Of a stretch of 64,000 nucleotides of DNA, positions 12,701-25,147 are shown in pieces. Numbering within the stretch: the stretch's first letter is position 1; the number at the start of each line of letters is the position of its first letter. The notes beneath the pieces are model-generated. The model did no database searches. It was not told the origin of the DNA and was given only the letters and a program-made list of their open reading frames with translations. The position numbers and the translations under genes were made by a program. The DNA comes from Nemertoderma westbladi (taxonomy: Eukaryota; Animalia; Xenacoelomorpha), in assembly GCA_032718475.1 (NCBI GenBank), contig JAUCBJ010001059.1, positions 1-64,000 of the forward strand, written 5' to 3'.

Positions 12701-15700
12701 CCCGCCTGTTTAACTGGCTCGCGAGTGACTCATACTAACCTCGCCCCCGCCTGTTGAACTAGCTCGCGAGTGACTCATACTAACCTCGCCCCCGCCTGTT
12801 GAACTGGCTCGCGAGTGAGTCATACTAACCTCGCTCCCGCCTGTTGAACTGGCTCGCGAGTGACTCATACTAACCTCGCCCCCGCCTGTTGAACTGGCTC
12901 GCGAGTGACTCATACTAACCTCGCCCCCGCCTGTTGAACTAGCTCGCGAGTGACTCATACTAACCTCGCCCCCGCCTGTTGAACTAGCTCGCGAGTGACT
13001 CATACTAACCTCGCCCCCGCCTGTTGAACTGGCTCGCGAGTGACTCATACTAACCTCGCACCCGCCTGTTGAACTGGCTCGCGAATGACTCATACTAACC
13101 TCGCCCCCGCCTGTTGAACTGGCTCGCGAGTGACTCATACTAACCTCGCCCCCGCCTGTTGAACTGGATCGCGAGTGAGTCATACTAATCTCGCCCCCGC
13201 CTGTTGAACTGGCTCGCGAGTGACTCATACTAACCTCGCCCCCGCCTGTTGAACTGGCCCGCGAGTGACTCATACTAACCTCGCCCCCGCCTGTTGAACT
13301 GGCTCGCGAGTGAGTCATACTAACCTCGCCCCCGCCTGTTGAACTGGCTCGCGAGTGACTCATACTAACCTCGCCCCCGCCTGTTGAACTGGCTCGCGAG
13401 TGACTCATACTAACCTCGCCCCCGCCTGTTGAACTAGCTCGCGAGTGACTCATACTAACCTCGCCCCCGCCTGTTGAACTGGCTCGCGAGTGAGTCATAC
13501 TAACCTCGCCCCCGCCTGTTGAACTGGCTCCCGAGTGACTCATACTAACCTCGCCCCCGCCTGTTGAACTGGCTCCCGAGTGACTCATACTAACCTCGCC
13601 CCCGCCTGTTGAACTGGCTCGCGAGTGACTCATACTAACCTCGCCCCCGCCGGTTGAACTGGTTCGCGAGCGAGTGACTCATACTAACCTCGCCCCCGCC
13701 TGTTGAACTAGCTCGCGAGTGACTCATACTAACCTCGCCCCGCCTGTTGAACTGGCTCGCGAGTGACTCATACTAACCTCGCCCCCGCCTGTTGAACTGG
13801 CTCGCGAGTGACTCATACTAACCTCGCCCCCGCCTGTTGAACTGGCTCGCGAGTGACTCATACTAACCTCGCCCCCGCCTGTTGAACTGGCTCGCGAGCG
13901 AGTGACTCATACTAACCTCGCCCCCGCCTGTTGAACTGGCTCGCGAGTGACTCATACTAACCTCGCCCCCGCCTGTTGAACTGGCTCGCGAGTGACTCAT
14001 ACTAACCTCGCCCCCGCCTGTTGAACTGGCTCGCGAGTGACTCATACTAACCTCGCCCCCGCCTGTTGAACTGGCTCGCGGCGAGTGACTCATACTAACC
14101 TCGCCCCGCCTGTTGAACTGGCTCGCGAGTGACTCATACTAACCTCGCCCCCGCCTGTTGAACTGGCTCGCGAGTGACTCATACTAACCTCGCCCCCGCC
14201 TGTTGAACTGGCTCGCGAGTGACTCATACTAACCTCGCCCCCGCCTGTTGAACTGGCTCGCGAGTGACTCATACTAACCTCGCCCCCGCCTGTTGAACTG
14301 GCTCGCGAGTGACTCATACTAACCTCGCCCCCGCCTGTTGAACTGGCTCGCGAGTGACTCATACTAACCTCGCCCCCGCCTGTTGAACTGGCTCGCGAGT
14401 GACTCATACTAACCTCGCCCCCGCCTGTTGAACTGGCTCGCGAGTGACTCATACTAACCTCGCCCCCGCCTGTTGAACTGGCTCGCGAGTGACTCATACT
14501 AACCTCGCCCCCGCCTGTTGAACTGGCTCGCGAGTGACTCATACTAACCTCGCCCCCGCCTGTTGAACTGGCTCGCGAGTGACTCATACTAACCTCGCCC
14601 CCGCCTGTTGAACTGGCTCGCGAGTGACTCATACTAACCTCGCCCCCGCCTGTTGAACTGGCTCGCGAGTGACTCATACTAACCTCGCCCCCGCCTGTTG
14701 AACTGGCTCGCGAGTGACTCATACTAACCTCGCCCCCGCCTGTTGAACTGGCTCGCGAGTGACTCATACTAACCTCGCCCCCGCCTGTTGAACTGGCTCG
14801 CGAGTGACTCATACTAACCTCGCCCCCGCCTGTTGAACTGGCTCGCGAGTGACTCATACTCAGTTCGTCGTAGGATTTCTTTGATCTGGAGTTCATATGT
14901 TCTATTCTATTGACTAATAGTTTGTCCACCAAACAGAAATCCGAGAAATCAGGATGTCGCGTGTTGATGTAGGCGAGTTCAATGTGAACAAGATTAGTTA
15001 CCTATTAAATAAACGATATGATGTCGATGACCAAATAACTACGAAACTTACCAACATTAATTAATATTATAATTAATAGGCGAAAACGTATTTAGTTAGC
15101 CATAAAGTGTTTCCCCCATACCAACCATATCGTTAGTGACCGGTAGACGGCTCTTTAATAGGTTAGTCACTGTTTCTGAAATGCTTTCCTGTAGTTTAGG
15201 GAACCGACTGATCTCGGGTACATTAGCGCACGTGTGTATTATTTTCAACAATTCCTCGTGCACAAGATTCACGCATCTAAACAAAATAAATCAAATTAAT
15301 TCCCGGTTCCGGTTCCGGTTCCGCACAAAATCGGTCTTACCGGAACCGGGCGCTCGTGTTGAATCAAAGTTTGGATAAAAGTAATTTCACTGATACAAAA
15401 CTTTAAACTGTAGTTTATTCGAATACAAACCACATTGTATGCTGTTACTATTAATTGGAAGAAACGATTTTACTGTGATAGATTGACAATAATTCAGTGC
15501 CATATATTATGTAAACAACTCACTGAAGACTTGGACTCAATAATCTCTCAATTTGTTTCTTTGCTAAAAGTTCGAAAGCGACTTCTGGAACAAACAGCGC
15601 TGGTCTCGTTCCCTGTAATACAATTTAGAATAAATTGTCCCCACATACCAGCAATAAGAAACAAATGTTTAATGATAACAAAGCAAGCGCTTCTAGGTAA

Positions 15701-18700
15701 GTACAGAGGGTCTTTCTTCGCGGGTTGAGTATAAAAACACCAGAGTCATGTTTATAAATTATTGTTTTAACTGATTTTTTTTCAACTTATTTAATCGAGA
15801 AAAATAACTATTAAAGCATAATAATTAATTAGAGAAACAAAATATCACGTAATTAACGGTAATTAGTAACCTACGGACCCAAACTGATATTAACGGTAAT
15901 TAGTAACCTACGGACCTTAACTGATATTAACGGTAATTAGTAACCTACGGACCCTAACTGATATTAACGGTAATTAGTAACCTACGGACCCTAACTGATA
16001 TTAACGGTAATTAGTAACCTACGGACCTTAACTGATATTAACGGTAATTAGTAACCTACGGACCCTAACTGATATTATTTACTTAAGGTTGAATTAATTG
16101 GCACTCACAGTAGCGTTTCTTATTGCTGTGAGTATATCCAACTGCGTGAGCCCGTCTAAGGCAGATAGGGTTAATAAAGTGTTTGTGAATACTTCGTGAA
16201 ATATAAAGCATATTCTAGAACCACCGCACAACTCCGAGGTCAATATAGAATGGGCGGTGCCTTCTATTGTGGAACAGTAGTCGCTGGCGAATTTAGATAT
16301 AGTTTGTAGGAGAATTTTCGGCTGTAAATAAAATAGATTAATGAAAGACTGAAACGTAAGGCCCAACTTAATAATATCTCCTCGCGGTGTGTAGAATGTT
16401 ATTTAGGTAGCAAAGTCAATTAATTGTCAACTAACATGGTCGTCTACTTGTTGCCCGTAGCAACCAACTAGATCCTGGTACTGACAGAGGAGTACGTTTA
16501 TTCTCATCCGGAGGTCCGGCAGACATTTCTTGATGTGTTCGAGGAGGAGCTGTTGGAGACGTTTACCTAGGTTACGTGTGCCGTGTCTGGAAAACAAGAT
16601 TAATAAGCGAAATAAATACCTACAAAGGGGGGGGGGGGGGGCAGAGATACCAAATTAGGAAATACAACTCGATATCAGTTAGACGTCGTTGAATTAGGGC
16701 GAGTTTGAGAAAATATACACCATAGTACTATATTGGATACTAGGACATATTCTGAAAGGTAATTGGACGGCCTCCCCATTTCCGTTGTCACATACCTGGA
16801 ATACTCGCTTCTGATTGGCTAATAGCCAATTGCACAAAATTTCGATTGGTCTGTTCTTCAAATCTATCTCAACCTACAATTTGGAGTATTTTGGTCTGAA
16901 AATTGGTGAGTAGATGGACTTACCACTTTATTCTTATATAAGTTTTTGAATTTCTTTTTCAAAATGATTTTATTGCCTCTTTTGTGACACGAAGTCATGA
17001 AGTTTTCAGTTTTATAGACAATACAGGCTTTAATCTAACTTTTCTCGGGAACTAGAGCGAAATTCAAAAATCCCTCTAAAGAATCAGTTCAGGGTAGACA
17101 GGGGTTTCAAACGAAAAAAATTAACCAAATCGAATAAAGATTGAAGGAGGAGATACAATTTTTAGTGACTAAAGGTGACCAAAAAATGAAACGTAAACGA
17201 CGAGTAAAGGAGTCGTTTTAAAAAAAAAGTCGTTTTTTTTTTAATCTTCCCGCGCAAACTGTCTGTGAATATGAAAGAACATCAGTTTAATCTGGGTTGT
17301 CAGGATTCTACAATCGCCCTGGGTTTGCCCAGACGCATCAAACTAGGTCGGTGTCTGAAAATAAATAGTTTATCATACCTACATACATACATACATACAT
17401 ACATACCTACATACATACATACATACATACATACCTACATACATACATACATACATACATACCTACATACATACATACATACATACATACCTACATACAT
17501 ACATACATACATACCTACATACATACATACATACATACCTACATACATACCTACATACATACATACATACATACATACATACCTACATACATACATACAT
17601 ACATACATACCTACATACATACATACATACATACCTACATACCTACATACATACCTACATACATACCTACATACATACATACATACATACATACATACAT
17701 ACATACCTACATACATACATACATACATACATACCTACATACATACATACATACCTACATACATACATACATACATACATACCTACATACATACATACAT
17801 ACATACATACATACATACATACCTACATACATACATACATACATACATACCTACATACATACCTACATACATACATACATACATACATACCTACATACAT
17901 ACATACATACATACATACATACATACATACCTACATACATACATACATACATACATACATACATACATACATACATACATACATACATACATACATACAT
18001 ACATACATACCTACATACATACATACATACATACATACATACCTACATACATACATACATACATACCTACATACATACATACATACATACATACCTACAT
18101 ACATACATACATACATACAGTAGGTAGGATACGATAGACTGCTGGAAAAGTAACTTACAAACTGGTAGGACCTTATTGAATTAGGAAAAAGAATTAGACG
18201 GACTTTTAGAAAAATTACTTAGCGGAAACTATAAACTAAAGGCGTCCGGATAGATTTTGGATATTAATTAAGTGCGGAGTTAGTTAACAAAATAAAGGGA
18301 TCCTATTAGCAGCGCTAGAGGGCGCTACAGTAGAACGCGTATAATAATAAGATTAACCTATGAGCTATAGCTGGATATTTCTTCTGTAGGAATTGAGTTT
18401 CGTCTTTGATTGCCTCGTGAATGGGTTTCCCAACGTTGATATCGGCCTGACTCCTGTTAATAACACCGACAATACCAAGTCGAACATCGATCACTAAGAG
18501 AAAAACAAAATAATATCAGTAAAAAAGGATTAACAATAATGTTAGCTAATTAAATATCAATAAAACTATTATTATCCCATGGAAAATAACTTTTCAATAA
18601 CTTTTTTCTTTTTGGCTTTTCAATATTTGCTTTTCCTCTTATCGAACTAGTACGAGTTGCGCGTCTATCCAATATATCCTAAACGTCAGATCGCTACAAC

Positions 18701-21700
18701 TGTTATCTGGATTACAGCCATCTCGCACATATATCTTTATGTCATAACTTCAGATCTGCTATCTGGATGTGCTACCTGATGCAAAGCTATTTTGATGAGC
18801 GACCTGACCTGCACCTGCAGTATTGCTATGCAGTATCGCGGTTGCTATCCGCTATCTGACAACAGCTGCACCGCTAGTTGACCTACAATCCAGTAATGTA
18901 AGATTGGCTAGGGAACCTATAGTGGGTTTAGCACAATTCGTAATTGTTGAAGCAAACTTAACAAAACGACGCATAACAACGTCATTGGGTGCGGGAAGTC
19001 CCTCAACAAAATACCTATGCCGCTATGCGTTATTATACGGTAATTTCCAAGTTAAACGAAAATTTATATTCCAACTCGTTATTAAGGGGGGGTTCACCCC
19101 CAGTCTTTTTTTTTCATCATAATTTTTTTTAATGTGTTTTTCGTTAAGGTGTTTTGTTCTCGAGTTATGGTAACTTTTGTAATTTTCACTCAAAATTTCA
19201 AATGTTTTAATTTTTGTGCAGCACCACATTTGACGCCAAAAAAAAACATCAAACATCCATAAATGTGAAAATATTTTGCCATTTTCGGAATCAGCGCCGA
19301 AAATTAGCCTATAGGTATCAAAACCACAAAAGTAGAATATATTTGAAAAATTTGAAACAATTTTCAGTTTTGGTGCATGTTTGGACAGTTGTAATCAGGA
19401 TGAAATTTAAATGTTATTTTTCTCGCATTGGCTTTTTTTGGACACTTTCTCTATCTACTTTTTAACTACTCAACGGATTTTCATTTGGTTTGCAGAATTA
19501 TGTAGAGGAATATTCGCCGCAAAAATTGTATAGACTGAATTTTGAAAAGTTATGGCATTTTTTGTGTAAAAAATCGCCAAATTTTTGATTTTTTCGATTT
19601 TTCAGTATTTTTTAAACGAAAAATGCTATAACTTTTTTTTGAAACAAAATCTCAAAATTCTGTCAGTACAATTTTTGCGGGGAATATTCCTCTACATAAT
19701 TCTGCAAACAGAACGAAAATCCGTGGAGTAGTTAAAAAGTAGATAGAGAAAGTGTCCCAAAAAAAGCCAAAAAGTAGATAGAGATAGTGTCACAAAAAAG
19801 CCAATGCTAGAAAATGACATTTAAATTTCATCCTGATTACAACTGTCCAAACATGCACCAAAAGTGAAAATTTTTTCAAATTTTTCAAATATATTCTACT
19901 TTTGTGGTTTTGATACCTATAGGCTAATTTTCGGCGCTGATTCCGAAAATGGCAAAATATTTTCACATTTATGGATGTTTGATGGATTTTTTTGGTGTCA
20001 AATGTGGTGCTGCACCAAAATTAAAAAATTTGAAATTTTGAGTGAAAATTACAAAAGTTACCATAACTCGAGAACAAAACACCTTATCGAAAAACTGATT
20101 TCAGATTCGGAATCACCATAAAATTTTACATCGGAAAACACATTAAAAAAATTATGATGAAAAAAAAGACTGGGTGCGAACTAGGGATGCGACAGAGCAC
20201 CGGCTCCGGAAATCCGGAGCTCCGGGCCAATTTTCTAGTTCCGGCTCTGGTTCCGGTTCCGGGGAAATTAACCCGGAGCCAAACCGGAGCTTATGTTGTT
20301 GAAATTTGAATTAAAATAATAAGTTTTTCTGATGTATGAATAATGTAAATATAATAGTAATTAACATAATAACTCAATAAGTAATTTACAGCTTGTTTTT
20401 TTAAGTTTCCTAATAAAGCCCCACCCACCCTTGTGAAATTGTTTAAATATTTAAACAAAAACATTGAAATGATTCAGTTAATTCAATTAATATTCTTCCC
20501 TAATTAAAAATATTAAATACTGTACATGTACTCTCGTTTCGTGCGTCAGTCTATAGAACCCCAATTCCACTGACCCCCACCCCCATCCACAACAGGTTGG
20601 TACTGTTCATGTCGTTTTTTCAGTCGAGAAGGGTGCACGTTATAGTGACGGACCGGTATTATTCTAACCAAAACAATAAACGAGACTCGACAGCACATGT
20701 TACAGATTAATTTTATAGTAGTAATCATAGCTGTTGTAGCTATAAGGATCTATTGTCGCAGGACATTATGTCACGGGACCTAACGACTATATGACCTATG
20801 ACGTATTACCTGATATAAATTATAGACATAATTAGCGATGGTCAAAATAATGTCCTGCGTTGTTTTGATGTCGGTAGAATAGCACCCCCCCCCCCCCCCT
20901 CCCCCCAATAGTTTTTTGGCTTCGTCACGATACCCATTGGTTGATGTACCATTTTACAGCAGGGAGTCTTTGGACGCAATATAAATTCATCCCTTCCCTC
21001 TCCAGGGGAAAATCGACGCAAATAACTGCTGATTACTACAAAAAAAACTGTAACCTGTTATATTGAATATAGTTAGTTTATTGTTTTGATTATAATAGTA
21101 TGCGACTGTAAATTGCTCATTTCCCTTAATTGATAATTTAACATTGAGGCGAGATATTAATTCGCCGCGTAAGAAATTGCATCAAATCCCCCCCCCCCCC
21201 CCCCCCCCATGTCTCATGGACACATATCTGTTTATGTCTAATATAATAATACACTGGAATTATCAATCACCAAATCTCCGGCTCCGGCTCCGTCTCCGGC
21301 CGGAGCTCATATTGTAATCCGGAGGAACCTCCGGGCTCCGGCTCCGGATGATATTTTAGCTCTGTCGCATCCCTAGTGTGAACCCCCCCTTAACTTGCGA
21401 CAACTGTCACTCCAAATATCCCATAACTTACTACACCGTAGAAGCTTGTCACATAAATACGCTGAATTTTACAAATATCGTGGGGATGTGCAAAGTGAAA
21501 CTTACGTAACAATAACATGGTTGTTTATGCGTTGTACAACAGGTATCTTCTAGCCAAGGTTGGGGTACAAGATAAATCGTATTACAGAGAAATTTACATT
21601 ATATAATAGACTAAGTGTTGAATTTCAAAACACATTTCTTTAGATGAAAATATGACCAGAACCTTAGATCCAGATCGATCTAACCTTGATTAGTTAGTAC

Positions 21701-24700
21701 ATCGTGTGCGTCGGTGCCTTTGTCCATGAGATCGAGCTTGGTGACCACAGCCAGAGTTCTCGCCCCGTCTGGGTCCACCTGTTTGGCAAACTTTATCGCC
21801 TCGGTGGTCGCTATGTCTGTGTTCGCAGCGGTAACGGTGAGAATCATCGAGTTGGGGTTGGAGATATGGCTGAGTACCAACTCACCGATCTGGTCCTCTA
21901 TGTCTTCTGGTTGATCGCCAACCGGAATCTGTGGGAGAAAGAATACACTAGGTGCCTGAACAGGCATTACTCTCATAATATACTGATCTACAGGAGATTT
22001 TCTATCAGCGACCGAAGCCAGCTGACAATCAGTCGAGGCATGGAAATCGATCAACGTGCTGACTGGGAGGAAAGGCGAACCAACAACCAAGGAATGCTAT
22101 CAGCTGAATCTCCAACTGATAACATGGCCGGGTATAGGCCGATAACAAAACAAAACGTGTCTGAGTCTGAGTCTGCACTCCCAGATATTCCTATTGGTGA
22201 TATCTCCTTTGCAGAAGCGAAGGCTGCTGCAAAGAGCATTAAGACCAATCGTGCCAGTGGAGTAGATGGTGTTCCCCCTGAGGTCTTTAAAATACCGGAG
22301 TGTTTAAAGCTCATCTATCCCATCATAGTAGACATGTACCGTACAACAAGAGTCCCACAAGAAATGAAAACAAATAAGTTGGTGCCAGTTCCCAAGAAGG
22401 GCAACCTAACACTCTATGGTTCTTTTCGGGGAATCTCATTGATCTCGATTGCTGCAAAGCTATACAATAGGATTCTATTAAATCGCATCAGGGATCCCAT
22501 TGAGAGACTGCTCCGTGGAAATCAGAATGGGTTCCGTATAGGTTGGGGGGCCGATTATGGATAGGTTGATGAACATTCAAGGCTCTTATAACAAAGTTTC
22601 AATGAAGCAACAGAACGTACCTTAGTGAGACCCGGGAGATCGACGAGAGTCAATGTAAACACATCAGTTGCGAAGACTCTCAGAGTAATAGGGTCCGTGC
22701 ATATCGCTTTGTTACCCCCGGCTAATCGGTCAGTTTCCCCTTCAATCTCAGCCCGGATCTCAGCGAAGTCGGTAAACACCTGGAAAGTGAAAGGAAATGT
22801 CGAAAAATAATAAATAATAAGTAAATTACATTTCAAACTTTTTTAACATACATTACCGGTATATATATGTATATGTGAAAAAAGTTTGAAATATAATTTT
22901 CGTAGGGGAGCAGTTCCCCAGTCTGATGCTACAGGGTAAAACTACTAAACGAAATTGTAAAGGCAAATGTTGACATATATAATGACTTAATTCATCGTTT
23001 CGACATCTATGAAACCAAGTTTGGTTTCATTTCATCGAATATACGATTAGCCTTCGTGCAATAACGTCACCAATAATAAGCATATGGGGAGCATCATGTC
23101 AGTTTTATTCAATGAAGTTTAACTATATAATATAATATAGAAACAATAACTGACTTCCTGTAAATTATATTTTAACAGATAAAAATTGTAACTGAAACTG
23201 AAATGCGAAATGTTTATTACTGAAACTGTAACTGAAATCAATACAACTCACCTTGTTCTTTATGTGACCGAACTCCCCCCAGGCAGTGGCACCAGTAGAC
23301 CTGCACTGCTCGCTATTCTCCTCGACCTGGATGAGCTGTAGAATCAGCGGTCTCCTAGTTACAATACCGGTTCCGCGGGGTAGGAAATCCCGACCCACAA
23401 TTCCTTCTAGAACGGAACTCTTTCCAGAACTCTACGGAAGGATTTGTGTTAAGGTTTGTTATATATTTTCAATGACCAATTATTATTGTACGACGAACAC
23501 ATAAATGTACTCTACACCACGTCCTAGTATATAGTGTGTTATTCTGGTACCGTACATCCCCCCCCCCCCCCCCAAATCTTTCTACAAATATCAATGAGAT
23601 TGCATGAAATTTGAAACATAGCCTAGATAGCTTCACCTCCCTCCTCCTCCTTAGTGGGTGAGCCAGAATTTTTATTTTTCTTCCAATCTTTAGCTACAAG
23701 TGTTTAAAAATGTATTTCCCGCGATATTACAACCTTTTTAGTGAATATAAGTTGGTATGAATGGAAACCTGGTTGTGCAAGAATTCCAAATATGTAACAC
23801 AATCAAAATTTCGTTGAAAAATAGCTGAGATATGAGCGTTGTTGGAGCGATGTTGGACGGTTTTGCACCTGCACGAGGCTGTTTCATTCTATTAAATAAA
23901 AACGACACAATATAGAACATTTTTTTTATGTATGAATTAGCTTATTAGCTAAATTAGCTTTTTAGTTTATGTATGAACTTAGATAGTATAGTAATAGTAT
24001 GATTAGAAAAATAGTTTTTATTGTTGGCTGGACCTATGTCTAAGTGACCATTTGGTCACTTAAGAGTTAGACATAGGTCCAGCCAACAAAACAAACTCTT
24101 TATCTAATGATACCACCGGTGACCTGGGCAAGAACCTACCTACAGAGACTAATAGTATGATTAAAGAGGCAATGCATTGTTTCCCAGCTACGTTAGGGAT
24201 AAACAAAATGTTCCAGAATGTGTATTTATTAAATAGAATAAATGGCCTGCAGCGGAAGCAAATGAAGCAAGCAAAGCAAGACTAACTGCGCTGTAACTGG
24301 TGCGGTGTAACTGCGGTGTAACTGGTGCAATATCGGCAGAGACACCTTCTTTAAAAGTTTGTAGCTAAAGAATGAGACCAATAACAAAAATAATTACTCA
24401 CCAACCCAGGAGGAGTTACGTGAAACTAAACTAGGGCAGTACCAGAATAACGACACTATATTCTTCAGGACTTGCGTGTAAGGTAAGAAATGCAATAAAT
24501 TTAGCATCAATTATATAAGTTAACTGGATTAATTTGCAGCATCCATGAGTGCACTAGTTACGGTGGCTGATCTTTGCCAATTAATTTTTTTAAGTTCTCC
24601 ATGACGTCAGAGTTTATGGTCGACCATAAATTAATTTTTGGTCGACCAGAAATATATTTTTTGAAATAAAAGACTGAAATAAAAGTAAAAAGTAGAAGTG

Positions 24701-25147
24701 CTGGCAGGCTGGACAACGTGGAAATGGTTTAGTTTCGCTGTCGATTCTCCTTTTATCAATTTTTTGTTTGTGTCTCGATAATGCAGAGGTTGTTGTGTAC
24801 TTCTTATCGCATAAATTACATTCGACTACTTTTTTAATCGTCTCATTACTGCTCCCATGTACTGTAACTACCACGAGAAAGAATAGGCCTAGGGCCAAGG
24901 CCCCTTTAAAGCTTTAAGTAATGAATTAACAAAACCTGCTATTAGATTAGGTATTATGGCTATTACAGTATTAGATTATTGTTGCTTCAATTCTTAATAA
25001 TTTGCTTTGCTGTACCTATTGTTCTTCCTCCACCACACAACTAACCTGGCTTCCAATAACAACTATCATTGGTAATTGTACATCACCAACTCCGACGGTC
25101 TGAAATACATCTTGGAGTTTATTTATCGTTGGGATAAGAGCTTCCAT
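9783..25147 (-). CDS. DNM1L: Dynamin-1-like protein (Drp1, mitochondrial fission GTPase), 12 coding exons
   Basis: Exons (- strand), GT-AG and phase-compatible: 25147-25046 ([15 protein letters not shown]...GSQ), 23431-23252 (SSGKSSVLE...[16 protein letters not shown]), 22779-22621 (LTLVDLPG), 21928-21685 (TKLDLMD), 18493-18358 (GVINRSQ), 16586-16436, 16321-16109 (ELCGGSRI), 15612-15524 (RPALFVPE), 15276-15126, 15001-14819 ([12 protein letters not shown]; 3' end lies in the 45-bp repeat), 10695-10548 (VPASP...VNLL), 10054-9783 (GED: [16 protein letters not shown]...EIRET). No PH domain or proline-rich tail, so Drp1 rather than classical dynamin. Confidence 0.96.
10773..14860. repeat. 45-bp minisatellite, ~90 copies, spanning the Drp1 exon 10/intron 10 boundary
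   Basis: Unit gagtgactcatactaacctcgcccccgcctgttgaactggctcgc. Uniform at 14110-14860, with substitutions and 44/48/49-bp variants further left. Confidence 0.98.
15854..16075. repeat. 37-bp minisatellite x6 in Drp1 intron 7
   Basis: Unit taacggtaattagtaacctacggaccctaactgatat. Confidence 0.95.
17375..18118. repeat. (CATA)n/(CCTA) tetranucleotide microsatellite, ~740 bp, Drp1 intron 5
   Basis: Directly visible. Confidence 0.98.
19086..21389. mobile_element. Non-autonomous DNA transposon with long inverted arms and TTAA target site (Kolobok-like)
   Basis: ttaa|GGGGGGGTTCAC ... GTGAACCCCCCC|ttaa. 19086-~19560 is an inverted copy of ~19660-20180. A TTAA TSD with GG...CC termini fits Kolobok rather than piggyBac. 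Confidence 0.8.
20182..21375. mobile_element. Non-autonomous hAT-like element nested in the right TIR of the Kolobok-like element
   Basis: 17-bp TIR TAGGGATGCGACAGAGC / GCTCTGTCGCATCCCTA, 8-bp TSD gtgcgaac (20174-81) / gtgtgaac (21376-83), and subterminal CTCCGG/CCGGAG motifs at both ends. Confidence 0.85.
21960..22545 (+). mobile_element. Internal RTE-type LINE fragment filling most of Drp1 intron 3 (antisense)
   Basis: [13 protein letters not shown]...PVPKKGNLT...[22 protein letters not shown]...NQNGFR. Confidence 0.88.
23640..24417. mobile_element. Degenerate foldback/MITE-like element in Drp1 intron 1
   Basis: Outer inverted similarity ctcctcc...gtgag...tctttagctaca / tgtagctaaaga...ctcacc...ggaggag. 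Central 23-bp stem ttgttggctggacctatgtctaa / ttagacataggtccagccaacaa (~24021-24089). Related sequence at ~31780-32000. Confidence 0.6.

Noticed and set aside
10929-14093. Separate [14 protein letters not shown] ORFs in the track
   Set aside because: Fragments of the distal array separated by indels; not independent genes.
10800-14850. Array of 11-nt microexons (aacag|GCGGGGGCGAG|gttagt)
   Set aside because: Would need 34-nt introns with no pyrimidine tract, and 11 nt breaks the frame.
10773-14860. CRISPR-like appearance of the 45-, 55- and 41-bp arrays
   Set aside because: Head-to-tail repeats with no unique spacers, no cas genes and a eukaryotic context.
14855-14862. Donor CTGA|GTATGA at the edge of the 45-bp array
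   Set aside because: Phase 1, incompatible with the phase-0 acceptor at 10695.
17265-18137. HTYI-repeat ORF; likewise ORFs at 26306-26642 and 30735-31268
   Set aside because: Translations of simple repeats.
24614-24898. C2H2-like motif CNLC...H in Drp1 intron 1
   Set aside because: Second His is missing and there is no gene structure. At most a decayed TE or gene fragment.
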